Positions 26,753 through 39,729 of a DNA stretch of 64,000 nt are shown one piece after another. A program made the translations under genes and the position numbers. The stretch covers positions 25,358,001 through 25,422,000 of the forward strand of contig NC_042999.1 of NCBI RefSeq assembly GCF_006345805.1. The letters run 5' to 3'. Below the pieces are notes generated by a model. That model saw nothing but the letters and a program-made list of their open reading frames with translations, did no database searches and was not told the origin of the DNA. Origin of the DNA: Octopus sinensis. Lineage: Eukaryota. The stretch's first letter is position 1. Each line of letters begins with the position of its first letter.

Positions 26753-26785
26753 AATATGTATGTGTATATTATATATTTATATATA

Positions 26786-26851
<66 letters not shown>

Positions 26852-26877
26852 TATATATATATATACATATATATACA

Positions 26878-29820
26878 TGCAATCAAGCCTTATGCATAGC
26901 ACTCACAGAACGCATCTGAAACTGGACATAGCAGATGCGGAATTACACATACCACAGTATGTAGTACTACGGACCGACAGGAAAGAAAGGAGTCATGGAG
27001 GAGTTGCTATGTACATCCGTGGGGACCTCACACCCCAGGTCCTTTTGTCATACTCAAACTCGGTGTGTGACACACTAATTGTACACATAAGGCAACTTGA
27101 TGTAGTTGTGTGTGCTACATATCGCCCTCCAGATGCCCCAAGTCATATGGGCAAGTTGAGGACTGCCTTTTAAAAATAGAAGAAGTTCTAACCACATTAG
27201 AACAACACATAAGTGTACTTCTCATGGGAGACTTCAATCTACCGAATGTCAGATGGCCCGAGGGCCTTTCTCTCCCAGGAATGACAAGATGTGAACGAGG
27301 ACAGGCGAGGTCCCTCCTGACCTCACCAACACCCTGTACATGGAGCAAGTAATACTCCAACCAATCAGAGCAGTAACACACTGGATCTCTGCTTCACAAA
27401 TAATATGATCTCATCCATAATGTGAAAGTGACACCGACACTACTCTCGGATCACAACATGGTAGAGCTGACCATGTACGGGCCAAAAGAGAGCACGGACA
27501 TGCAGCCTACAAGAAACCCTCAGAATCTTTCCAGCTTGAACTTCAATAAGGCAAACTGGAAACAAATTGAGAAAGAGATCCTCAAACAAAACTGGCCTGA
27601 ATGTCTCTCCTCGCCGGACATCGACATGATACTTCAACAATTCATGTCTGTAATGCAAGCCATATGCTACAAATGTGTCCCAGAGAGAAAGGCCACTGTA
27701 CACAAGAACAAAATCCCCAGAGAGAGGAAAATTTTAATGAGACGGCGTACAAAAATTTCAAGTCGCCTAAACAAACAAATTGAAAGCAGTGAAAAGTCCC
27801 GCCTGAAAATAAAACTGTTGGAAATTGAAAATTGTCTGCAACTCTCCCATGAGAAGGAAAGAGCTATAGACAACATAAAAACTAACCCCAGAGCTTTCTA
27901 CAGGTATGCCAAAGAAACAGCTACGGTGCACTGTAGGATAGGGCCACTCCTTGAAAAGGATGGCGCACTCACAGGAAAACCAATGAGGGTAAGTGAAATA
28001 CTGAATGAACAATTCAAGAGTGTTTTCACTCCACCCCTTGGGCATTTCCAAATCAGCAATCCAACTGACTTCTTACCACTGCAGATATAGAATCAGAGGC
28101 GGCGACGATAATTTACATCGATATAAGGAAGACGATGTAATAAGGCTATAGATGAAATGAAAACAGACTCAGCTATTGGCCCCGATGGATTCCCGGCAAT
28201 CCTCCTAAAAGTATGTAAGAGAGTCTTAGCAAGACCACTGCAGTTCCTCTTTCAGAGCTTCCTTGCAGCTGGCAAACTTCCAAGAAAACTGAAGGAAGGT
28301 AAAATATGCCCTATTCATAAAGGAGGTAGCAGAGCGGAGGCCAAGAACTACAGACCTATCTCTCTGACCTCACACATCAGCAAGGTCATGGAACGAATAG
28401 TCAGAAGGAAACTAATCACCTTCCTTGAAGAAAATTACTTGCTGCCTGACACCCAACATGGTTTCCGACCAGGAAGAAGCTGCTTAACTCAGCTCCTGCA
28501 GCACTATGACTGGGTGCTGAAACAACTGCTCAACCACTCAAATGTGGAAGTCATATATCTCGACTTCGCAAAGGCCTTCGATAAAGTCGATCATGGAATG
28601 ATATGTCACAAACTGCGTGATCTTGGCATAGTTGGAAAACCAGGAGAATGGCTTCACGACTTTCTGAAGAATAGAAGTCAGGTGGTAGTAGCCAATGGGG
28701 CCACTTCCATTAGCACGCAAATAGTGAGCGGTGTTCCGTAAGGCACTGTTTTGGGACCACTACTGTTCATAATGGCCCTCTCAGACATGCCCTCAGCCAC
28801 GCGGAGAGCCACGATCACAAGTTATGCAGATGATACAAAAGTTTCACAGGCAATACAGAACCCTGAAGACACTAGGCACCTGCAATATGAGCTGGACGAA
28901 ATATACAAGTGGGCTGAAAAGAATAGCATGCAGTTCAAAGCTGAAAAGTTTCAAGCTTTATACTATCAGCATGCAAAACTGAATGCAATACCCAAGGAAT
29001 ACACTGGACCCGGAGGGATTGTAATCCCAGAGGCACAATCAGTGTGTGACCTGGGTATTCACATGAGTGATGACGCGACCTTTCATGTACATGTTGCTAA
29101 ACTGACAATGAAATGCAGACGGCTGGCTGGATGGATTCTTAGAACCTTTAGAACAAGAGAACAAGAAACCATGATGGTCCTCTGGAAAACACTTGTCCTA
29201 AGCCACTTTGACTATTGCTCTCAGCTATGGTCACCATCCAGTGTCAAGTTGATCACAGAACTTGAGGCGATCCAACGAAGCTACATGAAGAAGATAGCCT
29301 CTATGCAGAATGTAAGCTACTGGGAAAGACTCAAGAGATTAAAATTATATTCCCTGGAGCGTAGGCGGGAAAGATATGCCATAATATACATCTGGAAGAT
29401 CCTGGAGGGAAGTGTCCTGAACTTTGGCATCGAGAGTTACGCAAATGCCAGAACTGGCGCCACTGCGTGGTGCCTAGGACTCCAAACTTGCCATCAAGAT
29501 GTAGGACAAGATTCTGTGATAGCCTGGGCTTCCGAGGCCCACAGCTCTTCAATATCCTCCCGAAGAACCTGAGAGACCTGCATGGGGTGGATACAGATGT
29601 CTTTAAAATGGAGCTGGATCTCTTCCTGTCAGGTGTCCCAGATGAACCAACTTCACGGCAGGAGGGGCAGATGAGGGCAGCTGCATCGAACTCTCTCATG
29701 CACCAATAGCAGTTGCTAGAAAGCCTCCATGAAGTGAAACCAAGTAGCAACACCAATGGCGGTGCCCCAGCATGGCCACAGCTCATAAGCTGAAACTAGA
29801 ATCAATCAATCAATCAATCA
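26878..29820 (+). mobile_element. CR1-group LINE, 5'-truncated ORF2 (APE endonuclease plus RT), pseudogenised, (AATC)n tail
   Basis: APE motifs RSHGGVAMYI, TYRPP, MGDFNLP, SDHNMV; RT motifs NYRPISLTS, QHGFRPGRSCLTQLL, LDFAKAFDKVDH, SGVP*GTVLGPLLF (stop at 28739-28741), YADDTK; broken into several ORFs; flanked by (TA)n on both sides. Confidence 0.92.
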
Positions 29821-29834
29821 AAACATATATATAC

Positions 29835-29909
<75 letters not shown>

Positions 29910-31022
29910 ATTATACATATAATATATATATATATATTATATTAATATATATATATTATATATAATATATATATATATATATACATGTATATATATAGAT
30001 ATACACATATATGTGTGTGTATGCATACATATATGCATACACATCAGCTCATATATACGACCATATATACGTGCACAAAGCTATGTGAGTGAGCGCGTGC
30101 GAGCGTGTGTGAAAGGTTTCCGTGGTATGTACGGGTGTATGTGTATATACCATGTGTGTGTATAAGCGTATGTATGTACGTATGCACAGGTATTTATATA
30201 TGTACGGTTTCGCATGCACGCGCACAAACACACACGCGCACGCGCCTACGCACAATCACTCTCACAGGGTTTATATTGGTGTGTATATATGCATGTGTAA
30301 GTCTTAACTGCCCCGTCACTTTCTCTCTCTTTATCTCTGCCTATATTTATCTCTATTGCATCTTCTCTCTTCTCTCTCTCTTTTCACCGTCATCCTTCTT
30401 CATTTCACTCTCTTATCATTAATCCCAGCTTTAGCTCATTTTAATCTGGTATCATTTCAACATCAATTATTATACAATCAAATATAAACAAAATCCACAC
30501 TGACAGGAGAACTCTTTTACACTGGAGAAAAAACTAGCATGAAAGTGGCTACATCTGCATGTGTGTGTGTGTGTGTGCATGCGTGTGTGTGTGTGTGCAT
30601 GTGCGTGCGTGCACGTGCATGTCCGTGTGAATGTGTGTGAGTGTGTGTGCATGCATGTGTGTATATCTATGTGTGGCTGGATATCAGAATTTCCAAGAAA
30701 TTCCTGGATATATAACAGAGTTTAAGGAAAGGTATACTTTTGAAGTATCTCAAACACTTCTGTGTATAGTGAATGAGTGAGTGTGTGTGTGAGTGCGTGT
30801 GAGTGTGTGTGTGTGTGAAAGAGAAGGAAGGAGAGCGAGAGAGTCAGAGAAGTAGAAAGGGAATGGATGGGGGAGAAGAGCAGATGGGTGTAGGATAGAA
30901 ATTTTAAGAAGTGAAAAAGTAAAAAGTAATACGAACCACTTCTAATGAACCAAAACTGTGCTATGGGGAAATCATATGTTTATACATATATATATACATA
31001 CATATATATATATGTGTGTGTA

Positions 31023-31103
<81 letters not shown>

Positions 31104-31109
31104 ATATAA

Positions 31110-31162
<53 letters not shown>

Positions 31163-31271
31163 CATACATATATATATATAGATAGATATGTAAATATGTG
31201 TGTGCATATTTACATACACACACACACATAAATTGTGTATATATGTAAGTATATATATATATATATATATA

Positions 31272-31319
<48 letters not shown>

Positions 31320-32739
31320 TAGAGTCCACAGTGATCCATAGGCAGGAGAGGTATAACCAGAGGGTAAAATGTCCAAAAGAGAATCCGTGAGGAGTAGAAA
31401 GGTAGAAAGTCCAGTGGAGGAGTTCGTATGTGATAAGAGGTTACAGAAGCAACTGGGGAAGTGAGGACATCAGTCCTAATCAAGGTAGTAAAAATAGTAG
31501 TTGAATACCAAATGTAGAGTAATATACTTTTAAGTAAAGCTGCAAAAGTATCATAGGACTGTAACTCTGTGTTTCACGTTCCTGTTCGTCGGACAATTGT
31601 GATAAACATTTGACCTTCTCTGGAGTAGGTGAGGAGGGGAGTTTCCACTGCATGGATTGCCTCTTTGTCGCTAGTTCAAAGGGATGAGTTCAACATTCAT
31701 CCTGCCTTAGGAAATGTTTAAGGAAACCCGCCGGATCTGTCCCAAACAGGGTTTCCCGTGATGTTATCAGACTTGTGCGCTTTTGATCAGGTTTCAGATG
31801 ATGTAGCACTCACCGAACAGAAACCTTCGCCATGCCAAATTCATTTTGCAGAACCTCCTCACGCCAAGTTCATTGGGCAGAACATTCTAAACCCTCTCAT
31901 GAGAAAATGTTAATAGCATTGGCTATTTGATTTATAGTCAATCGTCTGTCTATCACCAAGTGGTAAACACGATCGTTATTTTTCTCGGCGGTGGCAGTTG
32001 CAGGACGTACAGAACTTGGGTCATTTCAAGACTCTCTCTTCCCCTCCTAAATTCAGCTGCCCACGTTTACACTGGAGATAAATCTGGAGCATCATTCTTT
32101 AATGTAGCAAGCATGTCACCATGAATGACCTCGGGGGCTAAACCCATTTGCTCCAGGTACTTGACAAGACTACGATGGCAAATATTGTCCATTTTCAAGG
32201 GAAGTCTTTACTAGTGACTTTTGAAGTCTTCTTTAAACAGTCAGATATTAGTTTACCGGGAAAGAAACCAATGTAGTTGTAAATAAGAAGGGTTGAAATT
32301 AACGCATACAAGATTTCACTGCGCTAGCATCGCTCCTTCATAGTCAGCCTATGAAATTTCTAGCCCACTCACGTATGCTAGAAACTTCATATGGTACTTA
32401 TGCTGATATGTATGAAACCTGCTCAAGCAAGAAATAATGTCGCACGAAGTAGCGTTGAATGAAATATATTGACGCAGTCGCAGTCATAAGCGGAGAGACG
32501 AACGGCCCGGAGAGAAGGAAAAAGTCCAAGAAAAACATGCGTGTAGTTAGATCGCTGAAGTGACCGGAAGTATTCTCTTACACACACACATACACACACA
32601 CAAGTACAGACACACACACACACACACACACACCACACACACACACACACTCTCTCTCTCTCTCTATCTCTATCTCTCTCATACATAGATAAATATATAT
32701 ATATATATATGAAAATATTCATGTAATTTTCTTTCAGAT

Positions 32740-33670
32740 TTTGCCAACTTCATCATCATTCAAATTGTGTTTGCATCGTATTCACGCCAAGTAAATAAGA
32801 TATTCGTCGCTATATTCTTTATGAATTTTGAAAAGGGAATAGTGCAAATGTAGCAGCAAATTCTCTCCAAAATACTTACGGTAATGGCATAACGAATGAA
32901 AGAACATGCAAAAGAACATCCGCAGAAATGAGGACTACATCTTGCAGGGTGAATCAAGAGAAAGGTATCCAGGATGGTTGGATCCTGATGCATTGGAAGC
33001 CACCGTTGAAGCAAAATCGATTGTTACAATTTGGGAATTATGCACAGTCGTCAACATGAGCCACATCATTATTCATCGTGAACTGAAAAGGCTTCGTAAA
33101 GTATCAAAGAGTGAAAAAGGGATCTCGCATAATTCCTTTGCAGAGAATCGTAAACAACGTCTTGATTGCTGTACATTGTTGCCATCTCGCGAGCTTCCTA
33201 ATAGAGTCATACTGTAGATGAAAAATGGATACTTTATCATAATGTTAGGCAAAAACGTTGGTGGCACAATGCCAGCTCAGTAGTCCAGACGTGGCCTGCA
33301 TCCGAGGAAGAGAATTCTGAGTGTATGGCGGGATATGCGTGGAATAATTTATTATGAGCTGTTAGATGATAATCAGACAACATCCGAAGTATATTGCCAA
33401 TAGCTAACACGTTTGAAAGCAGTATGACTAAAAACATCCATCAGAGAAGTAGTCGTCCTTCACCATGGCAACGCTATGTCTCACTATGCACAAAAGATCA
33501 AAGACCTCCCAGCAAAAATTGTCTGGCAAATTATGTATCACCCACCATTTATTCTGGACCTCACACCTAGACAATGCCATCTATTTAGAAGTTTACAAAA
33601 ATTATTTGAGTGGATTAAGACTTACTTCAAGAGCAGAAGTCGAAAAGGAGTTAATTTCACTTCACCTAAA
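32740..33670 (+). mobile_element. mariner transposase pseudogene
   Basis: IRRYILYEF*KGNSA, DEKWILYHNV, and HPPFILDLTPRQCHLFRSLQ (degenerate HPPYSPDLAPSDYHLF); TIRs not evident. Confidence 0.82.
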
Positions 33671-33680
33671 TTCACTTAGT

Positions 33681-33883
33681 GGAGGCGCGTGGCTTAGTGG
33701 TTAGGGTGTCAGCATCATAATCGTAAGGTTGTGGTTTCGATTCCTGGACCGGGCGACGCGTTGTGTTTTTGAGCAAAACACTTCATTTCACGTTGCTCCA
33801 GTCCACTCAGCTGGCAAAAATGAGTAACGCTGCGATAGACTGGCGTCCCGACCAGCTGGGGAACACATACGCCTTTGAAACCG
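33681..33883 (+). mobile_element. tRNA-derived SINE family C
   Basis: GGAGGCGCGTGGCTTAGTGGTTAG (A box), GGTTTCGATTCC (B box); core CTGCGATAGACTGGCGTCCCGACCAGCTGGGGAA shared with 41098-41409. Confidence 0.8.
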
Positions 33884-34408
33884 TGGTATTAAAAAGATCA
33901 TTCCAGTTGACCGAACGCTGCATTGATTAATGTTAGTCCTTCAAAACATAAGAAGGCACTGATGCCACGGTGAATTGTCGAATATCTTATTACTTTTGAT
34001 TAGATTCCCTGTTGTCATCCTAATTGAATTAGCTTACAGATTTAAAATCGCCTACCAACGTTATCGGTTTTCTTTTACTTGTGTCAGTCATTAGCGTGCA
34101 GTTTTGCTGGGACAATACTTTAAAGAATCTTTGTTGACTCCAGTACTTTTTTCATGCTTGATAATTTTATATCGGCCACTTTGGCCGAATTGCTGAGTTA
34201 TGGTGATGTAACCATACAAACTACCGGTACCAAGAATTGATGAGGCTCAGACACTCACACAAAGACACACACACCACACATATATACATACACATTATAC
34301 ATACAATACATATATATATATATATTATATATATATATATTATATATATATAATATATATATATATATGTGTGGTGTGTATATATATGTGTATATATTTA
34401 TTTATATT

Positions 34409-34672
34409 TATATTAAATTAGAGACAAAACCACTATGGCAAATCAAACAAAGAAAGACTTAAGCCAATACATAAAATAATTTATATAAATTTAATTTAAT
34501 TAAATTTAATTTATATAAATTATTTTATGTATTGGCTTAAGTCTTTCTTTGTTTGATTTGCATAATAGTGGTTTTGTCTCTAATTTAATATAATATAATA
34601 TTTTACTATAAAATTGGATTCAATCCTAAATCGATTTTTTTTCCCTGTAAATTTGGATTTATTCCCTAATAT
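34409..34672 (+). repeat. Fold-back element: 184-bp near-perfect palindrome (34409-34592) plus unique tail
   Basis: TATATTAAATTAGAGACAAAACCACTA...TAGTGGTTTTGTCTCTAATTTAATATA; tail TTGGATTCAATCCTAAATC...CCCTGTAAATTTGGATT; same family as 57378-57675. Confidence 0.9.
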
Positions 34673-34718
34673 TTATTATTATTATATATATATATTATAT
34701 ATATATATATATATATAT

Positions 34719-34765
<47 letters not shown>

Positions 34766-34810
34766 ATATATACATACATATATATATATATATATACAAT
34801 ATAATATATA

Positions 34811-34853
<43 letters not shown>

Positions 34854-35991
34854 ACAATATATATACATAAAAACATATATATATGTATACACACGTGTAT
34901 CTACTGTAGCCCGTGGTACCTTGGGTTACTGTTTTCTACTATAACCCGAGACGTTATGCAAGTGTAGAAAACACTCACCTAAGGTGCCACTCAATGGGAG
35001 TGGACCCGGAATCATATAAGCAAACTTTTTACTACATAGCCACTTCCTAATATTTTCTAGCCAGTTTAATTTAGTATTTATTACTGAAAACTATTTTAGT
35101 CATAACTCCACATCCATAAAATTAGCAATTTTAGGTTGTGGTAAACTTTGTTTTGGATGCTATATACTAAAAACCGTTTATGTAAATAATTTACAAGTTT
35201 CAACTACCTCCGTTTTTTAATTTATGTATACTTAAAAAAAATATTCGTTATACATTTCCCATTTTCCTAACTTTATATCCTGGCAAAAACAAACGTAAAC
35301 TTTAGTGAACAAGCTGCTGCAATAGTTCTATTAAATTAATTCAGAACGCCGTTTTTCTTCTAACTTTTGTTGACAGATTCTAAAAATACAACACCTTTAA
35401 ACATAAGCTCGCGCGCAACACACAAATGCACATACATGTGCACAGCACACACGCACACATACATACACACACACACACACACACAAACTGGGGAGCACAC
35501 ACAAACACGTACATACAGGCGTACATATACAAGCCTCAGTATGCCTGTCCCATCTAGTTATCCACAATATGTTACCAAAATATAATCCCCATCACCACCA
35601 TTCAACAGTGCTGTCCTGCCACTGCTGTTCTGCTATTCTGCTTGCTTCAACGTCACAAACTACTTGGAGAACTTCTTCAAAAGCACTAACCAGAAGTTGG
35701 CACTTTTGGATCATTCAATCGCAACAGTAGCAACTTAAATTTATAAAAGAAAACAAACCGAATATACCGATATACAGAGAAACTTAGACGCAACAGTTAA
35801 GTATTTAATGATATAAAAGACGTCTTAATATGCTGAGTTCTGATAAGAATAATATCGGTCTTAATATATATAGGCCCTTGTCATATATTTCTACAACTCT
35901 TGCCCATAACTATATATCTTCTATCTTTTACATGATTCAGACATTAGATTGCCAGTACTGTGTGTATGTGTTTAAATGTGTTATATATATA

Positions 35992-36797
35992 TCAAGTGTG
36001 CGGTGAATATATTGTCGTCTAAATTACGCAAAAATGAAAATAACATTGAAATCTCATCTTAACAGATATATTTACCAAAATTATATAAAAATATCTTGAA
36101 GTACGAAAGCGTAAATTTATTCTATATAATCGCCTTTGGTTTCAACCACAGCCTCCACACGACTTCGGAATCTCTTGCAACTCTCCTGGAGGGTATCCTT
36201 ATTTAAGTTGGTGAATGCTGCTTGCTTTCAGTTCATCTTTGGTGTTACAAGGAGTTTTGTTGGTCTCTCGATCAACTGCGCCTTACATATAATCAAGGGT
36301 GTTGCAGTCTGGATAGTTAGTTAGGTGGCCAGATGTTAGAGGTGATGTGGTCGCAGAAATTGTCTGATAGCCATGAGTGGGTTCTCCTGCTTATGTAACA
36401 TGATGCAGAGTTCTACTACCAGACATAGGGTCTACCAGCAGGCACCCTCTTATCCCAAGACAGCACTACATCCCTCAGGCACTTGATGTAGGTCTCCGTG
36501 TTGTGTCTGAGGCCGTGTAGGATGATGAATGGAGGCATAATGTTACCATCACTAGTGATCACTGCAAACACCATGATGTTGACAGGATGTTTAATTTTTA
36601 TTACTCTCGGTACATGTTCTCAGATTGACACCCAAACACTCTGGAATGTTCGTGTTGGAGCTTCCGGTGCGAATGCCAAGCAGTTCAACTTGTCGATTCC
36701 AAATTTCTGGGAGAGTAAATTGCATCATGGCGCTGTTTTTGCTACAGACGGTGCCCAACTGACCCTGCTATACTGTGTAGTCGACAAATCAAAAATG
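35992..36797 (-). mobile_element. Tc1/mariner-superfamily (maT/DD37D-like) transposon, internally deleted
   Basis: Minus strand is collinear with 41993-42812 (MVFAVITSDGNIMPPFII) and continues to the C-terminal region; a deletion joins the 5' UTR to the DEKNF region near 36700. Confidence 0.75.
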
Positions 36798-37320
36798 GTG
36801 AAAATCGATGTCCATCACTCCCAAATGGGACTGAGGGTGAATTATATGGCCTGTCCCTGGCTCTAAGGTGTTTTAACACCGGCGACATGAGCGTTATAAT
36901 ACTCCGCTACGCCTTTGCAGCCACCAGAAAATACACAAATCATATATATTAATATATGTATTTAACAATATTTATTATACTTGAGCTGCTTTTGTTATAC
37001 GTAATTTTTCTCTTAGGTATGCAATTTCCAGGCATACCAGCTCATGATTTTACATATAAGTCGTTGGACTGGCTAGCTGACTCGCCTTCAACCCAGGCGG
37101 GTAGGTGGTGTTGATAAGCCACAAAAAGGGCGAAACATCAATGTCCATCACTCCCAAATGGGATTGAGGGTGAGTTATCAGGCTTGTCCATGGCTCTAAG
37201 GAGTCTTAACACACCGGCGATATAAGAGTTATATACTCCGCTACGCCATTGCAGCCACCAGGAAATACACAAAGCGTACACATTAGTAGATGTATTTAAC
37301 AATATTTAATATTCTTGACA
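36797..37320 (+). repeat. Partial tandem repeat, 333-bp period, with hammerhead motif at the unit junction
   Basis: GATGTCCATCACTCCCAAATGGGA...TACTCCGCTACGCC...TATTTAACAATATTT occurs at about 36808-36975 and 37141-37310; degenerate HHR at 37104-37152. Confidence 0.8.
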
Positions 37321-37380
37321 TTCATTTAATTCATATGTAAATAATATATATATATATATATTATATATATATATATAAAT

Positions 37381-37620
37381 ATATATAAAAGGAAATGAAG
37401 AAAATGCTGACAAAATAATTTGATTAATTTAAGTAATTTAATTAGGTGAAAGTTCTTTTTACCGGTTGCGCATTTGTTATGCTTATCAAAAGTTTTTTCC
37501 TAAAAACTTTTGATAAGCATAACAAATGCGCAACCGGTAAAAAGAACTTTCACCTAATTAAATTACTTAAATTAATCAAATTATTTTGTCAGCATTTTTT
37601 TCATTTCCTTTTTTATATAT
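37381..37620. repeat. 240-bp palindrome (about 100-bp perfect inner arms, 4-nt loop at 37498-37501)
   Basis: AAAATGCTGACAAAATAATTTG...AAAAGTTTTT-tcct-AAAAACTTTT...CAAATTATTTTGTCAGCATTTT. Confidence 0.93.
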
Positions 37621-37647
37621 CACACCTCGTGTTCCACATCTCCTTTT

Positions 37648-37713
<66 letters not shown>

Positions 37714-37717
<4 letters not shown>

Positions 37718-37937
37718 TATTGCCCACAAGTGGCTAAACAGAGGGGACAAACAAGGACAGACAAACGGATTAAGTCGATTACATCGACCCCAGTGCGTAA
37801 CTGGTACCTAATTTATCGACCCCGAAAGGATGAAAGGCAAAGACGACCTCGGCGGAATTTGAACTCAGAACGTAACGGCAGACGAAATACGGTTACGCAT
37901 TTCGCCCGGCGTGCTAATGTTTCAGCTAGTTCGCCGA
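37714..37937 (-). mobile_element. SINE family B, near full length
   Basis: Reverse complement of the family B consensus seen at 10081. Confidence 0.9.
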
Positions 37938-38999
37938 TCGGAGTGATCACAATTTAGGCTAGTTGAAATATGCTTGTCACATATTTCAACTGTTCGTTCA
38001 GAGTTGCCTCTCTTAGTTACATGTTGGTGTTGGCTGCTGCTTGTTTGTGAGTTCTAATTGCGTTATTCCTATGTTTCCTCGTTCTTGCACTGTTTGTTAT
38101 TGCACTGATTTTTGTACCTGTTAAAATTTGGACTACCGTTCATCTGTGAACTGTAATTGTCGCCCTGCGAGGCAGAAATTCTGAAAGTTTTGTTCGAAAC
38201 CATCTGATGTTGGACTTTTCGTGATTTGAACTCTTTCATTTTTTACCCTTTGCAGGGTAGAAAATATTACTTTTGGCAATAATTTTGGCAAAAAGTATTT
38301 TTTGCCATAAGTATTTTTTCAATTCCTATCGAAAGAATTCATTTTTCTGTTATGGAATTCAATGTAATGTCTAACAAAGAATTCCCAGAGATGGAGGAAG
38401 TACCAGCTAAAGAAACAGATAATGCAAAGCAAGCTTTGCGGCCGCCGTAGGCGGGAATATGATAAAGTCAGAAATGACAATGGCAGAAATCTACTTAAAA
38501 AAGAACGGAAATGATAGGAAATTACACCCTCCGCAGGAAATTGTACATAACATAGCTGCGAGAACGGTAGTTTATAAAACGTACAACCTAAAAGAAAAAA
38601 AGAATTGTATCTTGTAAAAGTGAAATAATTGAAAGGTGTCTGGCACCTATTTGGAATAAAATCGTGTACGTTGGACGTGGTAGAAGAAGCACAGTTCGCT
38701 AATGAAAACACGGCAAAAGAGCTATCAACAAAAACACTAAAAATGAGGAAATTAGTTTACTACCACTGTTATTGGGTAGAAGAACAGCAAAAGTTACCGT
38801 GGAGAAATACCAGCAGGATACGACGTACTTTGGATAGCAGCAGCCTTAACTTATCATATGGAAGAGATAATGTCGATTTTACAGAGGAAGAAGTAAGTGA
38901 CCGAGAATTGGAAGGGACCGACCCTTGAGGTCGTGGTTCAAGCCACCCCTGAAGTATTTGAAGGCTGCCCGATAGGTTATTTATAGGGGAAGGGCTGAG

Positions 39000-39697
39000 T
39001 GTGAGTGTTGCAGCAGAGTGACCTATTCCTGAATGTAAAGAAGATAAAGATCTTGGTGGTGGATAAGCACAGGACAGACCAAGGTGACTTCACCGTAGAC
39101 AGAGAGATGAATCAGGAAGTGGATGATATTGTGTACTTGGGATCCACAATCAACACCAGGGGATCAAGTACACAAGAGATACGGAGAAGGCTCGAGATAG
39201 CGAGGCAAGCGGTACAAGAATGGAAAACATCTGGAAGAGTCGTGGCGTGTCAATGATGTTGAAGATAAGGCTACTTCGGGCTGCCACTTTCTCTATTCCG
39301 ACGTATGGCTGCGAATTCGTGGACAATGTTAAGGGCTGACGAGAAGAGAGTGAGCGCTTTTGAAATGTGGTGTTACCGCAGAATCCTTAGAGTGTCGTGA
39401 ACGGAGAGAAGGACGAGCAACTGGTTACTAGAAAAGCTCGGTTGTGAGATGACGCTTCGGCGAAACATCATGAAGCGGAAGCTATGGTTCTTTGGCCACG
39501 TCATGCGCCGGGATGGACTTGAACGAACGCTTATAAATGGCAAGGTGAACGGTAGGCCACCCTTTGCTGAAAGACATCGCAGCCACAGGATTGTCTTTAT
39601 TCTCAGCTGTCCATGGGGTAGAGGTCAGAAGAGGGTGGCAAGACATCTCGATGACCACAGCATCGCATAGTGCGACACCTGACTAGGATGATGATGA
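39000..39697 (+). pseudogene. RTE (BovB-like) LINE 3' remnant with (GAT)n tail
   Basis: LNVKKIKIL, VYLGSTIN, QEIRRRL, KIRLLRA..FSIPTYGCE, SAFEMWCYRRILRV, RKLWFFGHVMRRDGLE; ends GGATGATGATGAT. Confidence 0.85.
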
Positions 39698-39729
39698 TAT
39701 ATATATACATACATTATATGTATATCATC

